Below, piece after piece: positions 21,191 through 30,963 of a stretch of DNA of 64,000 bases (position 1 is its first letter; every line of letters begins with the position of its first letter). The position numbers and the translations under genes are program-made. Source of the stretch: an uncultured cyanobacterium (lineage in GTDB: Bacteria > Cyanobacteriota > Cyanobacteriia > Cyanobacteriales > Cyanobacteriaceae); assembly GCA_963710605.1 (NCBI GenBank), contig CAVQBA010000001.1, positions 96,001 to 160,000 of the forward strand. The letters run 5' to 3'. The notes below the pieces were generated by a model. The model worked only from the letters and a program-made list of their open reading frames with translations, ran no database searches and was not told the origin of the DNA.

Positions 21191-22711
21191 TTAGTAGTAT
21201 CCCTGTGATTGCGAGGAGTATTCCTTCGGTGCAAATGCCAACCATAGAGGAAATTTTAGTAATGATAAACTAACTCGATCGTCATCTAAATCCATTATGA
21301 CAAAAGGTAAATCTCGTTGCTCAACAATTTGATCTCCTTTTTTAGCTAAACCAGAGGGTGTTTCAAATAAAATTACACCACGACTAGGACCAAAATCACT
21401 CCGAGAGATACCTAAACAATCTTGTAAGCCTCGTCGCCATTCGCCTAGCTTTTCGGGGGTATCCGCTAGGATTAAAATACGACTACGATCGCCATAAAGA
21501 TGAGATAAGATCGAAATAATTGCTGAACCTACGAGAATATTTTGTAAACGAGAGTCCATACTTGAAATAGCACCTCTACCACCTTGAGTAAAAAACCAAT
21601 CAGCGACTGTTTTAGCGTGTATCGGTTCAAAAGTACGTCTTAGTTGCCAAGATGGACCATAATAATCAGGGCGTGTACGATATTGATCTAATAAACGACG
21701 AATTTCTTTTTTTTCTTGAGTAAAATTTTTCTCAACAAATTCGGGGGTAGAAGAAGATTCATTTTGAGTAGTAACTGGGGAATTAACTTGATTGTCTGAT
21801 TCATTCCAGTTGTCGTAATCATTATTTGATGAAAGTTCTAATTGCTCAGCGGCGGCGGCTAAATCTTGTAAACTACCGACTAAATAATCTTTGAATCCTT
21901 GAACTCTGATGGCTAAATCTTGAGAAACACCAGCAAAGTTTTTGGTCATTTCTTGTTCTATTTTAGCTTTTCTTTTTTCTAATTTAGCGATCGTATTTTC
22001 TAAATTTTCTCGTTTTTCTTCTAACTCTTTTAAACTATTTTTTACTAATGAATTGAGGTTGTCAGAAACTTCTTTTTCGACTGGGATAAATTCTGGTTGG
22101 GGCTTTTGAGTATTACTAAAATCATCTATTACAGATACAAAATCAGTAGTAGAATCAATCGTTGGTTGGGGTTGGTTATCTAATTTTGATTCAATTTCAT
22201 CTAAACTAGAAATAAGGTCATCTTGATTATCATTAGATTCAATAATCGTTGGTTGTATCTCTTCTTTTTCTGGGGTAGTTGGTGAAACTAAATCTACTTC
22301 TTGGTTGATAATTTCTACGGTTGATTTGTTTTGTTCTTCCACTGTAGTAGTTGTGTTATCTACAACCGAAACTATTTCTTCTTCTACTACATTCTGGTTG
22401 AGGATAGATACAGATGATAGTGGTGGTGGTGGTGGTGAAACCGAATTTGATTCAATCGTTTCAATTGGTTGAGTTGATTGGGGTTGGCTGGGTGTTTCTA
22501 CTGTGATATCATCTTCTTTTACTACTTGGTTAGGTTTTTTAGTTTCTGATACAGGTAATTCAAGCGGTTCAAGATTATCATCATCAAAACCATCTATATC
22601 TATTAATGAGGTATCTTCTTTATCTGATTGTAATGCCCATAAATCATCTTCATCATCAAAACTATTCATATTTGAACTAATGTTTTGATTATCTTTTCTT
22701 ATTTCTGACAT
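21191..22711 (-). CDS. DUF3086 family protein with long acidic disordered N-terminus
   Basis: FAGVSQDLAIRVQGFKDYLVGSLQDL, PDYYGPSWQLRRTFEP, LGEWRRGLQDCLGI. Confidence 0.85.
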   Translation of the reverse strand: MSEIRKDNQNISSNMNSFDDEDDLWALQSDKEDTSLIDIDGFDDDNLEPLELPVSETKKPNQVVKEDDITVETPSQPQSTQPIETIESNSVSPPPPPLSSVSILNQNVVEEEIVSVVDNTTTTVEEQNKSTVEIINQEVDLVSPTTPEKEEIQPTIIESNDNQDDLISSLDEIESKLDNQPQPTIDSTTDFVSVIDDFSNTQKPQPEFIPVEKEVSDNLNSLVKNSLKELEEKRENLENTIAKLEKRKAKIEQEMTKNFAGVSQDLAIRVQGFKDYLVGSLQDLAAAAEQLELSSNNDYDNWNESDNQVNSPVTTQNESSSTPEFVEKNFTQEKKEIRRLLDQYRTRPDYYGPSWQLRRTFEPIHAKTVADWFFTQGGRGAISSMDSRLQNILVGSAIISILSHLYGDRSRILILADTPEKLGEWRRGLQDCLGISRSDFGPSRGVILFETPSGLAKKGDQIVEQRDLPFVIMDLDDDRVSLSLLKFPLWLAFAPKEYSSQSQGYY

Positions 22712-22801
22712 AATAATGGTAAATAATAAACTTATATTAAATAGATATTTTTGGTTTTTTGGTTAACTACAGTAACAAAATAATTGCGTTATTATTATAA
22801 T

Positions 22802-23188
22802 TTATTTTGGGCGAGGACAATATTTTTCTAAACAAGCTTTCAATTGAATCGGATTGAAAATGATCGGTAAAAAATGAATACTTTTTACTTCTTTAAAATA
22901 AAATAAGACAGGTACAGCAGAATAAAAAATTAGCCAATTTTCCCATTCACTATAAGGAAAAGAGCGGATTTTGTTTTGACCACGATATACATCTAAAGCT
23001 GTGGTGCTAAACTTTAATTTAATAATGAACGCTTGTACTAACAAAAATACGCCAAAAACAGCGACAATTAAACCAACGATCGTTTGCCAGACAGTTAAAC
23101 CGATTCCGCCGACAATGATGATAATGGGTAAGTTATAACTCGGTGCTAATTCTATCTCTTCAGTAATTATAGTTTCGTTGTTATTCAT
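22802..23188 (-). CDS. DUF3119 family membrane protein
   Basis: LFYFKEVKSIHFLPIIF motif; usual neighbour of DUF3086. Confidence 0.85.
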   Translation of the reverse strand: MNNNETIITEEIELAPSYNLPIIIIVGGIGLTVWQTIVGLIVAVFGVFLLVQAFIIKLKFSTTALDVYRGQNKIRSFPYSEWENWLIFYSAVPVLFYFKEVKSIHFLPIIFNPIQLKACLEKYCPRPK

Positions 23189-23282
23189 AAAAATATTTCT
23201 CTCATTATTGATAGTGAAAGGTGTACTTAATTATATTTTAACTAAGCACTCGAATAACGATCCAAAATAATTAATGATCAAT

Positions 23283-25263
23283 TTACGTTGTCACTGATGG
23301 TTGCTCAACTAAAGGGATTGTAAAGTGGAATTTACTACCTAAATTTTTACCTTCAGATTCTGCCCAAATGTCTCCACTCCAATTGTGTACCATCTGCCGA
23401 CAAATCGCTAAACCTAGCCCTGTACCGCCAGCAGAACGTCTTAATGCACCTTCTTCTTGATAAAATCGATCGAATACCTTATCAAGTCGTTCGGGTTCGA
23501 TACCTCTACCATTATCAGCAACTGTTATTTGTAAACTATCATCATTACGAAAGCTTGCTTTTAAAGTTATTTTGCCCTCAGCGGGGGTGAATTTACAAGC
23601 ATTGTCAAGTAACTTACTTAAAACTTCGACTAACCATTCTCCATCGGTTTGTACCAGTAAATCAGATGAATTAATTTGATTATCGATCGTACAAAGGTTC
23701 TCTTTATTTTGACGAGAATTAATTTGACAAAGAGATAAATCAACACATTCTTGTAAAGATAAAACTTCAGGATTCCAAGCCACTTTCCCACTTTCTAGTT
23801 GCGAGAGAGTTAAAAAGTCTTGCACTAATTTACGCATTCTCTCAGCATCATGTAACGCTGTACTCAACATTACTTGTTTTAATTCTTCAGACATATCCGG
23901 CTCAGATGCCAAACTTTCTAAACAAACTTGGATGGTAGATAAAGGAGTACGTAACTCATGCCCTGTAATAGCTACTAAATTAGAGCGGGTTTTATCTAAT
24001 GCTTCTAATTGTTCGTTTAAGTCTTCTAAATTTGCGTAAGATTCAGCTTGAATTAAGGCAACACCGACTTGAGTTGCAACTGAATCAACTAAGGTAATAT
24101 CTTCGCTTTTCCAAGTGACGGGGGTAGAATCACAATGATGTAATTCCATCATTCCTAATAATTTACCTTGATAAATAATCGGTACAATTAACCAAGAAAT
24201 AATCGAACAACTATTGATCAAATTACCTAAAGCTTTTTGATTTGCTTGTATTAAAGGATTAAGTTGAACATCATCGATACTAATAGATTCTCTTAGGGTA
24301 AGAACTTCTTGAAAAAGAGGGTTATTTTTTAACGGCCAAACTTGCCCTTTTAATGAACTAATATCTTTATTTAAAAATTCATGTTGAATATCAGCACTAA
24401 GAATCATTTTCTTGACAGCGATAAATCAAACAACGACAAACACCAAATCCTTTACCTAACTTGTCAACCGCTACTTGTAAAATTTCTTCGGAATTTAGTG
24501 AGCGACGAATTGCATTACTAACCGAATTAAGCAAACGCTCTTTTTTCTCTTTCTCCATCAAAAAACGATTTGCTTTCATCAGTTTATATTGCCCTGCTTG
24601 CAAATAAGCAATTAATCTTTGCACAAATGGACCAGTATTTATTTGTAAATTAGGATGAGAAACCTTTTTATTACTTTTAGTTTTCTTGCTTAAAACTGGC
24701 TGACAATATGAATCGATCGCATTAGTGATTTTATCAGTTAATTCAGGACGATATTCTTTAATTCGATTTAATAAAAGTTCGGCGGCTTTTTGGGTGATTA
24801 ATCTTTCACTCGTCCAAATACCTTCAAAACGTCTATTGTTGTCTAATTTTACCATCTCCTCATCTTCTTCTTCACTAGGAGAGAGTATTTTTTCTCGGCA
24901 GATTAAACTGTTAGCATAATCTTGAGTGATAATAATTAAGTGCCACTCTTGTGCTAACGCGTCATCATGATTAAAGGCAACTTTCTCATAAACATCAGAA
25001 TCGTGACGAAACTTTGATTCAGGTACGGCTAAAACATAAACTTGATCAGATAGTTTAGCTATTTTTTCATAACGATGAGCTTCTTGAGCATAAAATTTTT
25101 CTTTTTGAAATGTAGCAATAATTAAAGGCTTTTGTTTATTAGCTAAAACTTGATCTTCCATCGCATGAGAAAGGGCAGTCAGAGATGACTTAAAATACAT
25201 CTGTGGTCGCCAATCAGAGAACGTTTCTAGTATTTCTGTGACGATAGAATGGGTGTTGCTCAT
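23283..25263 (-). CDS. DICT-GAF sensor histidine kinase, split by one extra base near 24400
   Basis: DICT (YFKSSLTALSHAMED, QEWHL), GAF, H-box GHELRTPL, HATPase DNACKFT/DNGRGI/GTGLGL; deleting one T in AATGATTCTTAGT fuses the two ORFs. Confidence 0.88.
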
Positions 25264-25607
25264 CTAATCTGGTTGAGAAAGTTGTTAGCTTTAATAATTA
25301 ATTGTTCAATCTTTAAAATCTGCAAGTTTAAATTTTGAGCAAATTATCATATCATCATCTATCGTACTACTACTTTGCCCTTGCTAGTTATCGCTTTTAC
25401 TTTAATTTTTATTAAGTTTTGTCAAAAAATCTGTTTTTAACCTTACAAAAATTGACAATTGACGATTAAAACTTTTTAGCTAAGCGACTGTTTTTTATCT
25501 CAGATGTGTAAAAAAGACCCACGCTACAAATTCTCTCAAAAACCGAATACATTTTAGCTATTGATGAATTTGCACCAACGAAACAAATCGAACTCAAGTG
25601 CGAGTCC

Positions 25608-26030
25608 TTAATTTGTAGGGCGGTTTTGTTCTTGGACATATTGTTTTAGGGTTTCTATAGTCACACCACCACACGAAGATATATAGTAACTGCCTGACCA
25701 CAAAGCATCTTTCCAATAATATTGTTCAAATCTTTCCTTAAACTCTTTTTTCAGATAGCGGCTTGTCACGGTTTTTAGATTGTTAACCAACTTGCTTAGT
25801 TGTATTTGTGGAGTGTATTGAAACAGTAAATGCACATGATCTTTTTCACCATTAAACTCTAAACATTCACATCCCCATTTTTCTGACAACTCCCTTACTA
25901 TTTGTTCTAATCTAACTAACATTGCTTTGTTGAATAACTTTTTACGATATTTAGGCACTAACACCAAGTGAGCTTTTAAGTCTGATCTACTTCTAGCACT
26001 TGAAATTAAATTACTATTTGGGCTTGACAC
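25608..26030 (-). CDS. tnpA: IS200-type Y1 HUH transposase TnpA
   Basis: KYRK, DHVHLL (HUH), LWSGSYY, LKQYVQEQ catalytic Tyr. Confidence 0.95.
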   Translation of the reverse strand: MSSPNSNLISSARSRSDLKAHLVLVPKYRKKLFNKAMLVRLEQIVRELSEKWGCECLEFNGEKDHVHLLFQYTPQIQLSKLVNNLKTVTSRYLKKEFKERFEQYYWKDALWSGSYYISSCGGVTIETLKQYVQEQNRPTN

Positions 26031-26081
26031 TATTTTAATTAAAATGATACACTAAGCATCATCTTAACTCTAATTAAGTTG

Positions 26082-27323
26082 ATGAGACAAGCCTATCAGT
26101 ACAAACTACTTCCTGACGCTGAACAAAAAAGACAAATTAATAGATGGTTAGATATGCTCAGGCATCAATATAACTATTTATTGGCAGATAGGTTTGCTTG
26201 GTGGCAAGAAAATCGCAATGAGGCGGTATTACCAAGTGGTGATTTTTGTCTCTATGCTTGTACTTTACCCCCCAAGCAGTTAAGAGAGAATCCTAATTAT
26301 CATTCACAAAGTGCTAGTCTTCCTCAATTAAAAAAAGATCGCCCTTGGTATGGTGAAATGTATTCGCAAGTATTGCAAGATGCAGTAAAACGTGTTCAGT
26401 TAGCTTTTGATAGATTCTTAAAAGGTGATTTTAAGGGGAAAAGAAGTGGTAAACCTCGATTTAAGAATCATAATCGCTACCGTACTTTTACTTACCCTCA
26501 AGCAAAGGATAACTGGATTCAAGGGAACAAAATTAAGTTTCCCAAATTAGGACTCATCAAGTTCATTTCTCATCGTTGTTTTAATGATGGTTGCACTGTA
26601 AAGACGGCTTCTATCACTAAGAAAGCTGATGGTTATTACGTCACTTTGATTGTAGAAGATAAGTCAATACTAGACTTTGAGCCTGATATAACACCGACAG
26701 AAAATAACTCTATTGCCATTGATTGTGGTTTGGAGAAACTGTATGTGGATGATGAGGGGAATCAAGTATTACCTCGAAAATTATTTAGAAAAGCAGAGGA
26801 AAAACTAGCTAAATTGCAACGTAAATTAGCAGATGACAAACCGAAGAAGAAGGCTAAAAGACTCATCCGTCAGAAGATTGCTAAGTTACACCAAAAAATA
26901 GCTAGACACAGAAGACAATGGCATTTTGAGGAAGCCAAAAAAATATGTTTCAAAGCTGATGTAATCTTTGTGGAAGACCTACAAATAGCTAATCTCAGAC
27001 GGAAAAATAAACCGAAAAAAGAGGATGGTAAATTTGTGGCGAATGGACAAAGTGCTAAAGCAGGTTTAAACAAGAGTTTTTCTGATTGTGGCATTGCTCA
27101 ATTTTTAGAAATTTTGCAATATCAAGCTAAGAAGCTTGGGAATAAAATAGTTAAAGTCAATCCTTCAAGGACGAGTCAAGTGTGCTATAACTGTTTAAAT
27201 TTAGTACCAAAGAGTCTTTCTGATAGATGGCATAACTGTCCTCATTGCAAAGTTTCGCTAGATAGAGATGAATGTAGTGCAAAATTAATCAAAAAAGTGG
27301 GGTTGGGCATCGCCTCACTATAA
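26082..27323 (+). CDS. tnpB: RNA-guided endonuclease TnpB
   Basis: RuvC triad AIDCG / FVEDL / DRDE, zinc finger TSQVCYNC...CPHC. Confidence 0.95.
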   Translation: MRQAYQYKLLPDAEQKRQINRWLDMLRHQYNYLLADRFAWWQENRNEAVLPSGDFCLYACTLPPKQLRENPNYHSQSASLPQLKKDRPWYGEMYSQVLQDAVKRVQLAFDRFLKGDFKGKRSGKPRFKNHNRYRTFTYPQAKDNWIQGNKIKFPKLGLIKFISHRCFNDGCTVKTASITKKADGYYVTLIVEDKSILDFEPDITPTENNSIAIDCGLEKLYVDDEGNQVLPRKLFRKAEEKLAKLQRKLADDKPKKKAKRLIRQKIAKLHQKIARHRRQWHFEEAKKICFKADVIFVEDLQIANLRRKNKPKKEDGKFVANGQSAKAGLNKSFSDCGIAQFLEILQYQAKKLGNKIVKVNPSRTSQVCYNCLNLVPKSLSDRWHNCPHCKVSLDRDECSAKLIKKVGLGIASL

Positions 27324-27392
27324 AATGCTCGTTGGCTTTTGCCTCCCGTGAAGCCCACACCATAAATCTTCGATTTTGGTGATGGAAGTATG

Positions 27393-27992
27393 TCACTGTG
27401 AATTACCTAGTAATTCAGGATTATCGAATTTATCTAGACGTTGAGGTGGCCAAAAACGTACATATGCACGTCCGATAATTTTGTCTTCTGGTACAAATCC
27501 CCAATAATGAGAATCATAACTATTATTACGGTTATCTCCTAAAACTAAATATTCTCCTGCGGGTACAGTTACAGGACCATATTCGTATGATGGTGCTTCT
27601 TTGATATATGATTCTTCTAGTATTTCTCCATTTACTATCACTTTTCCACTTCTAACTGCAACGGTGTCTCCTGGTATGCCAATAATTCTTTTGATAAATG
27701 CTTCTGTATAATCTTCAGCTTGTAGTGCTTCTGTGGCGTTAAATACTATCATCTCACCTCTTTCTGGTTCGGTAAAACGATAGCTCATTTTTTCGATAAT
27801 TAATCGATCGTTTATTTGTAAAGTAGGCTCCATCGAAGAAGAAGGAATGTAACGCGCTTCAGCGACAAAAGTACGAATTCCGAATGATAAAACCGCCGCC
27901 ATTGCAATTGTTTTGACGATTTCTACAACTGGGTTTTCTTCTTTTTCTACTAATTCTGATGGCTTCTGGTTATTAGGTAAATCTTGGCTCAT
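27393..27992 (-). CDS. lepB: Signal peptidase I
   Basis: IPSSSMEPTL, FIKRIIG, GDNRNNSYDSHYWG. Confidence 0.95.
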   Translation of the reverse strand: MSQDLPNNQKPSELVEKEENPVVEIVKTIAMAAVLSFGIRTFVAEARYIPSSSMEPTLQINDRLIIEKMSYRFTEPERGEMIVFNATEALQAEDYTEAFIKRIIGIPGDTVAVRSGKVIVNGEILEESYIKEAPSYEYGPVTVPAGEYLVLGDNRNNSYDSHYWGFVPEDKIIGRAYVRFWPPQRLDKFDNPELLGNSQ

Positions 27993-28293
27993 ATACAAAT
28001 AGTGATACTAATAATATTGATCGATCTAATCTAACTATTATAATTAGAGTTTTTCTAAATTGACGATCGAATCTTCAAAAGGAGAAAAAACACGAGCCAA
28101 TCCGTACAAATAAGAGTTAATAGTTAGTAGATGATAAATTACTCTTAATTGTTTCTCATACGCTGACAAATAAAAAGCGACAAATTGTATTTAATTATCT
28201 ATTATCTGTTCACTGTTATCTGTTCACTCTTAGCACTGTTATCAATTGCTATATAATTATTTACTGTACGTCAAGAGCAAACTTGGAGAATAG

Positions 28294-29388
28294 ATGCAAG
28301 ATAAATTAATGTTAATGATACCAGGACCTACACCAGTTCCTGAAAGAGTATTACTCGAAATGGCAAAACACCCGATCGGACATCGTAGCGGTGGTTTTAG
28401 TAAGATTATTGGTGAATTAAACGAGAATCTAAAATGGTTACATCAAACTAGTAATGAAGTTCTTACTCTTTGTGTTTCTGGTACAGGAGCAATGGAAGCA
28501 GGTATAATTAACTTTTTGAGTGCTGGCGATCGAGTTTTAGTCGGTAATAATGGTAAATTTGGCGATCGTTGGGCTAAAATGTGTCGTGCCTTTGGTTTAG
28601 AAGTAGATGAAATAACGGCAGAATGGGGACAACCTTTAAATCCAGATACCTTTAAAGAAAAATTATCAGCCGACACAGACAAACAAATCAAAGCCGTAAT
28701 CATTACCCACTCAGAAACATCCACGGGGGTACTAAACGATTTAGAAACCATCAATAAGCACGTTAAAGCCCACGCAGAAGCTTTAATTATGGTCGATGCT
28801 GTAACTAGTTTGGGTGCGGTTAATGTTCCTACCGATGAATGGGGTTTAGATGTCGTCGCTTCAGGTTCACAAAAAGGATATATGATTCCTCCTGGTTTGG
28901 GTTTTGTGGCAGTGAGTGATAAAGCATGGAAAGCCTACGAAACAGCTACTTTACCTAAGTTTTATTTAGATTTAGCCCCTTACAAAAAAGCAAACGGCAA
29001 AAATAGCTCTCCTTTTACTCCACCAATTAATCTCATGTTTGGTTTAAAAGCCGCTTTAGAAATGATGAAAGATGAAGGTTTAGACAGTATTTTTGCTCGT
29101 CATAAGCATCTAACCCAAGTTACTCGTACAGGTATTAAAGACATGGGTTTACCTTTGTTTGCTGATGATGATTGTGCGGCTTTAGCTGTAACGGCTGTTA
29201 TGCCTGATAAACATGATGCTGAGGCGATTCGATCGACTATGAGCAAAAAATATGATATCGCTTTAGCCGGTGGACAAGATCATCTTAAAGGTAAAATTTT
29301 CCGTATTGGGCATTTAGGGTTTGTTTCTGAGGCTGATATTCTTAAAGGTTTAGCCGCAATTGAAGCTACTTTAAAACAATTAGGTTAG
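28294..29388 (+). CDS. Class V PLP aminotransferase (serine-glyoxylate / alanine-glyoxylate family)
   Basis: LMIPGPTP, HSETSTG, VDAVTS, SGSQKG (PLP lysine), FRIGHLG. Confidence 0.92.
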   Translation: MQDKLMLMIPGPTPVPERVLLEMAKHPIGHRSGGFSKIIGELNENLKWLHQTSNEVLTLCVSGTGAMEAGIINFLSAGDRVLVGNNGKFGDRWAKMCRAFGLEVDEITAEWGQPLNPDTFKEKLSADTDKQIKAVIITHSETSTGVLNDLETINKHVKAHAEALIMVDAVTSLGAVNVPTDEWGLDVVASGSQKGYMIPPGLGFVAVSDKAWKAYETATLPKFYLDLAPYKKANGKNSSPFTPPINLMFGLKAALEMMKDEGLDSIFARHKHLTQVTRTGIKDMGLPLFADDDCAALAVTAVMPDKHDAEAIRSTMSKKYDIALAGGQDHLKGKIFRIGHLGFVSEADILKGLAAIEATLKQLG

Positions 29389-29399
29389 TTTAGTTAACA

Positions 29400-29482
29400 G
29401 TTAAAAGTTAAGAGTTAAGAGTTACAAGACGTAGCGGTGCGCTACGTCTGTACTTAAAAGTTAAGAGTTAAGAGTTAAGAGT
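29400..29482. repeat. GAGTTAA heptamer array interrupted by a REP-like palindrome
   Basis: AGACGTAGCG-GTG-CGCTACGTCT (10-bp stem, 29427-29449) within the array. Confidence 0.8.
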
Positions 29483-29535
29483 TGGTAATTATTCCTCTTT
29501 TTTTATTTCTACTGATTACTCCCGACTTGGTTAGA

Positions 29536-30690
29536 CTATAAGTTTAATTCAGTCAGGATTTGAAATACTTTACCCATTTCTTTTTTATCTAAATGTTCGG
29601 CAAAACATTTCATCGCCTCTTTTTTATTATTTTTAATATCTAAATTATTATCTTGATAAATTTTTAACACTTGTTCTTTTAAAGCTAGTTTATCTTGAAT
29701 AAATTGGATACAATAATTGATTTGCTCGATCGATTCATTAACAGTATCTTCCTTAAACTCTTCTTTGAGTAAAGAAACAATTACATCCGTACTCACCTCA
29801 TCTTCAGTCTCCATCGCATTCCAAATAGTAGGTACAATCACCGACTGAGGAATAATACCATCATTCAAATTGCGGTTTTCTACTAACTCAGACTTACATT
29901 TAAACATCTGCCATTGAGAATCTGAATCAAGAACATAAAAAATATAACCTTCACTACCAAGAAGATAATCACCATCAACTTTACTTCTTCTTCGAGCCAA
30001 ATAAAGCATTTTTTGATAAAAATTGATTAAATCTTCATCCGCCCCACATTCAGCTACAGGTTGAATATCTTTACCCATACTCCAAAATGATTCGGGAGGA
30101 TAAACTGAGGCATCCTCTTGACTTACAGAAAATAAAGGGTGAGCAGAGAGCTGATTATCGTATTTAATCATATGGAGATTATTTGCTCCATAAAGTTCAT
30201 AACAAAAAGAGCGTTTACCATAAAATTCAGGACTAATATTGTCTATTTCGGGATATTCAACCAACATTTGTCGCCATAAATCTAAGGGTTTCGTTCCTTT
30301 TGTATTAATTATTGCAGGAGTTAGACGAGTTTTGTAACAAGTATAATATTTTCCGTTAGCATCATGATAAAAATACTGACATATATTTGTACCATCTAGT
30401 TTTTCATAAACTTGGACTTTTTTGTGGACGGGAAATTTATATTTTCGAGTCAGGACAAAATTATTACTACAAGCATAGTTTAGTTTAGGAGTACAGTAGA
30501 TAAATTGAAGGGGTACATCTTCTCCATTGACCACAGATAAAGCTAAAGCACCATATGCCGAACCTGATTGCCGACAAATTATTCCTTCTAAAGTATTTCC
30601 TTGATTAAATGGATCTTTTATGCTAAAGCGATCGAGAGTATTTTGTGGTGCGTTAAATTTAGCGGCACATTGAGAAATTAAATCTGACAT
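29536..30690 (-). CDS. Putative ATP-dependent RNA ligase (T4 Rnl-like nucleotidyltransferase)
   Basis: Motif I YEKLDGTN, III FCYELYG, IIIa LFSV, IV SEGYIF, V MFKCKS in the correct order; no OB domain evident. Confidence 0.7.
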   Translation of the reverse strand: MSDLISQCAAKFNAPQNTLDRFSIKDPFNQGNTLEGIICRQSGSAYGALALSVVNGEDVPLQFIYCTPKLNYACSNNFVLTRKYKFPVHKKVQVYEKLDGTNICQYFYHDANGKYYTCYKTRLTPAIINTKGTKPLDLWRQMLVEYPEIDNISPEFYGKRSFCYELYGANNLHMIKYDNQLSAHPLFSVSQEDASVYPPESFWSMGKDIQPVAECGADEDLINFYQKMLYLARRRSKVDGDYLLGSEGYIFYVLDSDSQWQMFKCKSELVENRNLNDGIIPQSVIVPTIWNAMETEDEVSTDVIVSLLKEEFKEDTVNESIEQINYCIQFIQDKLALKEQVLKIYQDNNLDIKNNKKEAMKCFAEHLDKKEMGKVFQILTELNL

Positions 30691-30950
30691 GAGTAATAAG
30701 TAATAAGTAAGGAGTGAAGATTGAGTAATAAGTAATGAGTAAGAAGTAATAAGTAAGGAGTGAAGATTGATAGTTGATAGTTTACGGATATAAAAAGTAT
30801 TAGTTCATTATTTTTCTTTAATCCCTAATCTCTAATCTCTAATCCCTAATCTCCAATCCCTAATCCCTAACCCCTAACCCCTAAAGCCTAATCTCTCATC
30901 TGTTATCAATTATCAATTATCAATTATCAATTATCGATTATCAATTATCA
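30691..30950. repeat. Cluster of heptamer tandem repeats (GTAATAA, CCCTAAT, TCAATTA types)
   Basis: Directly visible tandem arrays. Confidence 0.85.
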
Positions 30951-30963
30951 AACCTATCAGCTA

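Larger units (their letters stand above)
25499..27396 (+). mobile_element. IS200/IS605-family element (divergent tnpA + tnpB), target tetranucleotide TTAT at 25495-25498, right end TCAC
   Basis: AAGA-CCCACGCTA at +16 of the left end; GAAG-CCCACACCA hairpin before the terminal TCAC; removing the element restores the lepB end CAA-TAA. Confidence 0.85.

Noticed and set aside
26079..27323. TnpB as a Cas12 effector or nuclease-dead TldR regulator
   Set aside because: No array nearby, IS ends are present and the RuvC D-E-D triad is intact in both copies
30820..30890. Telomere-like CCCTAA repeats
   Set aside because: They are 7-nt STRR-type units (CCCTAAT/CCCCTAA) typical of cyanobacterial intergenic DNA
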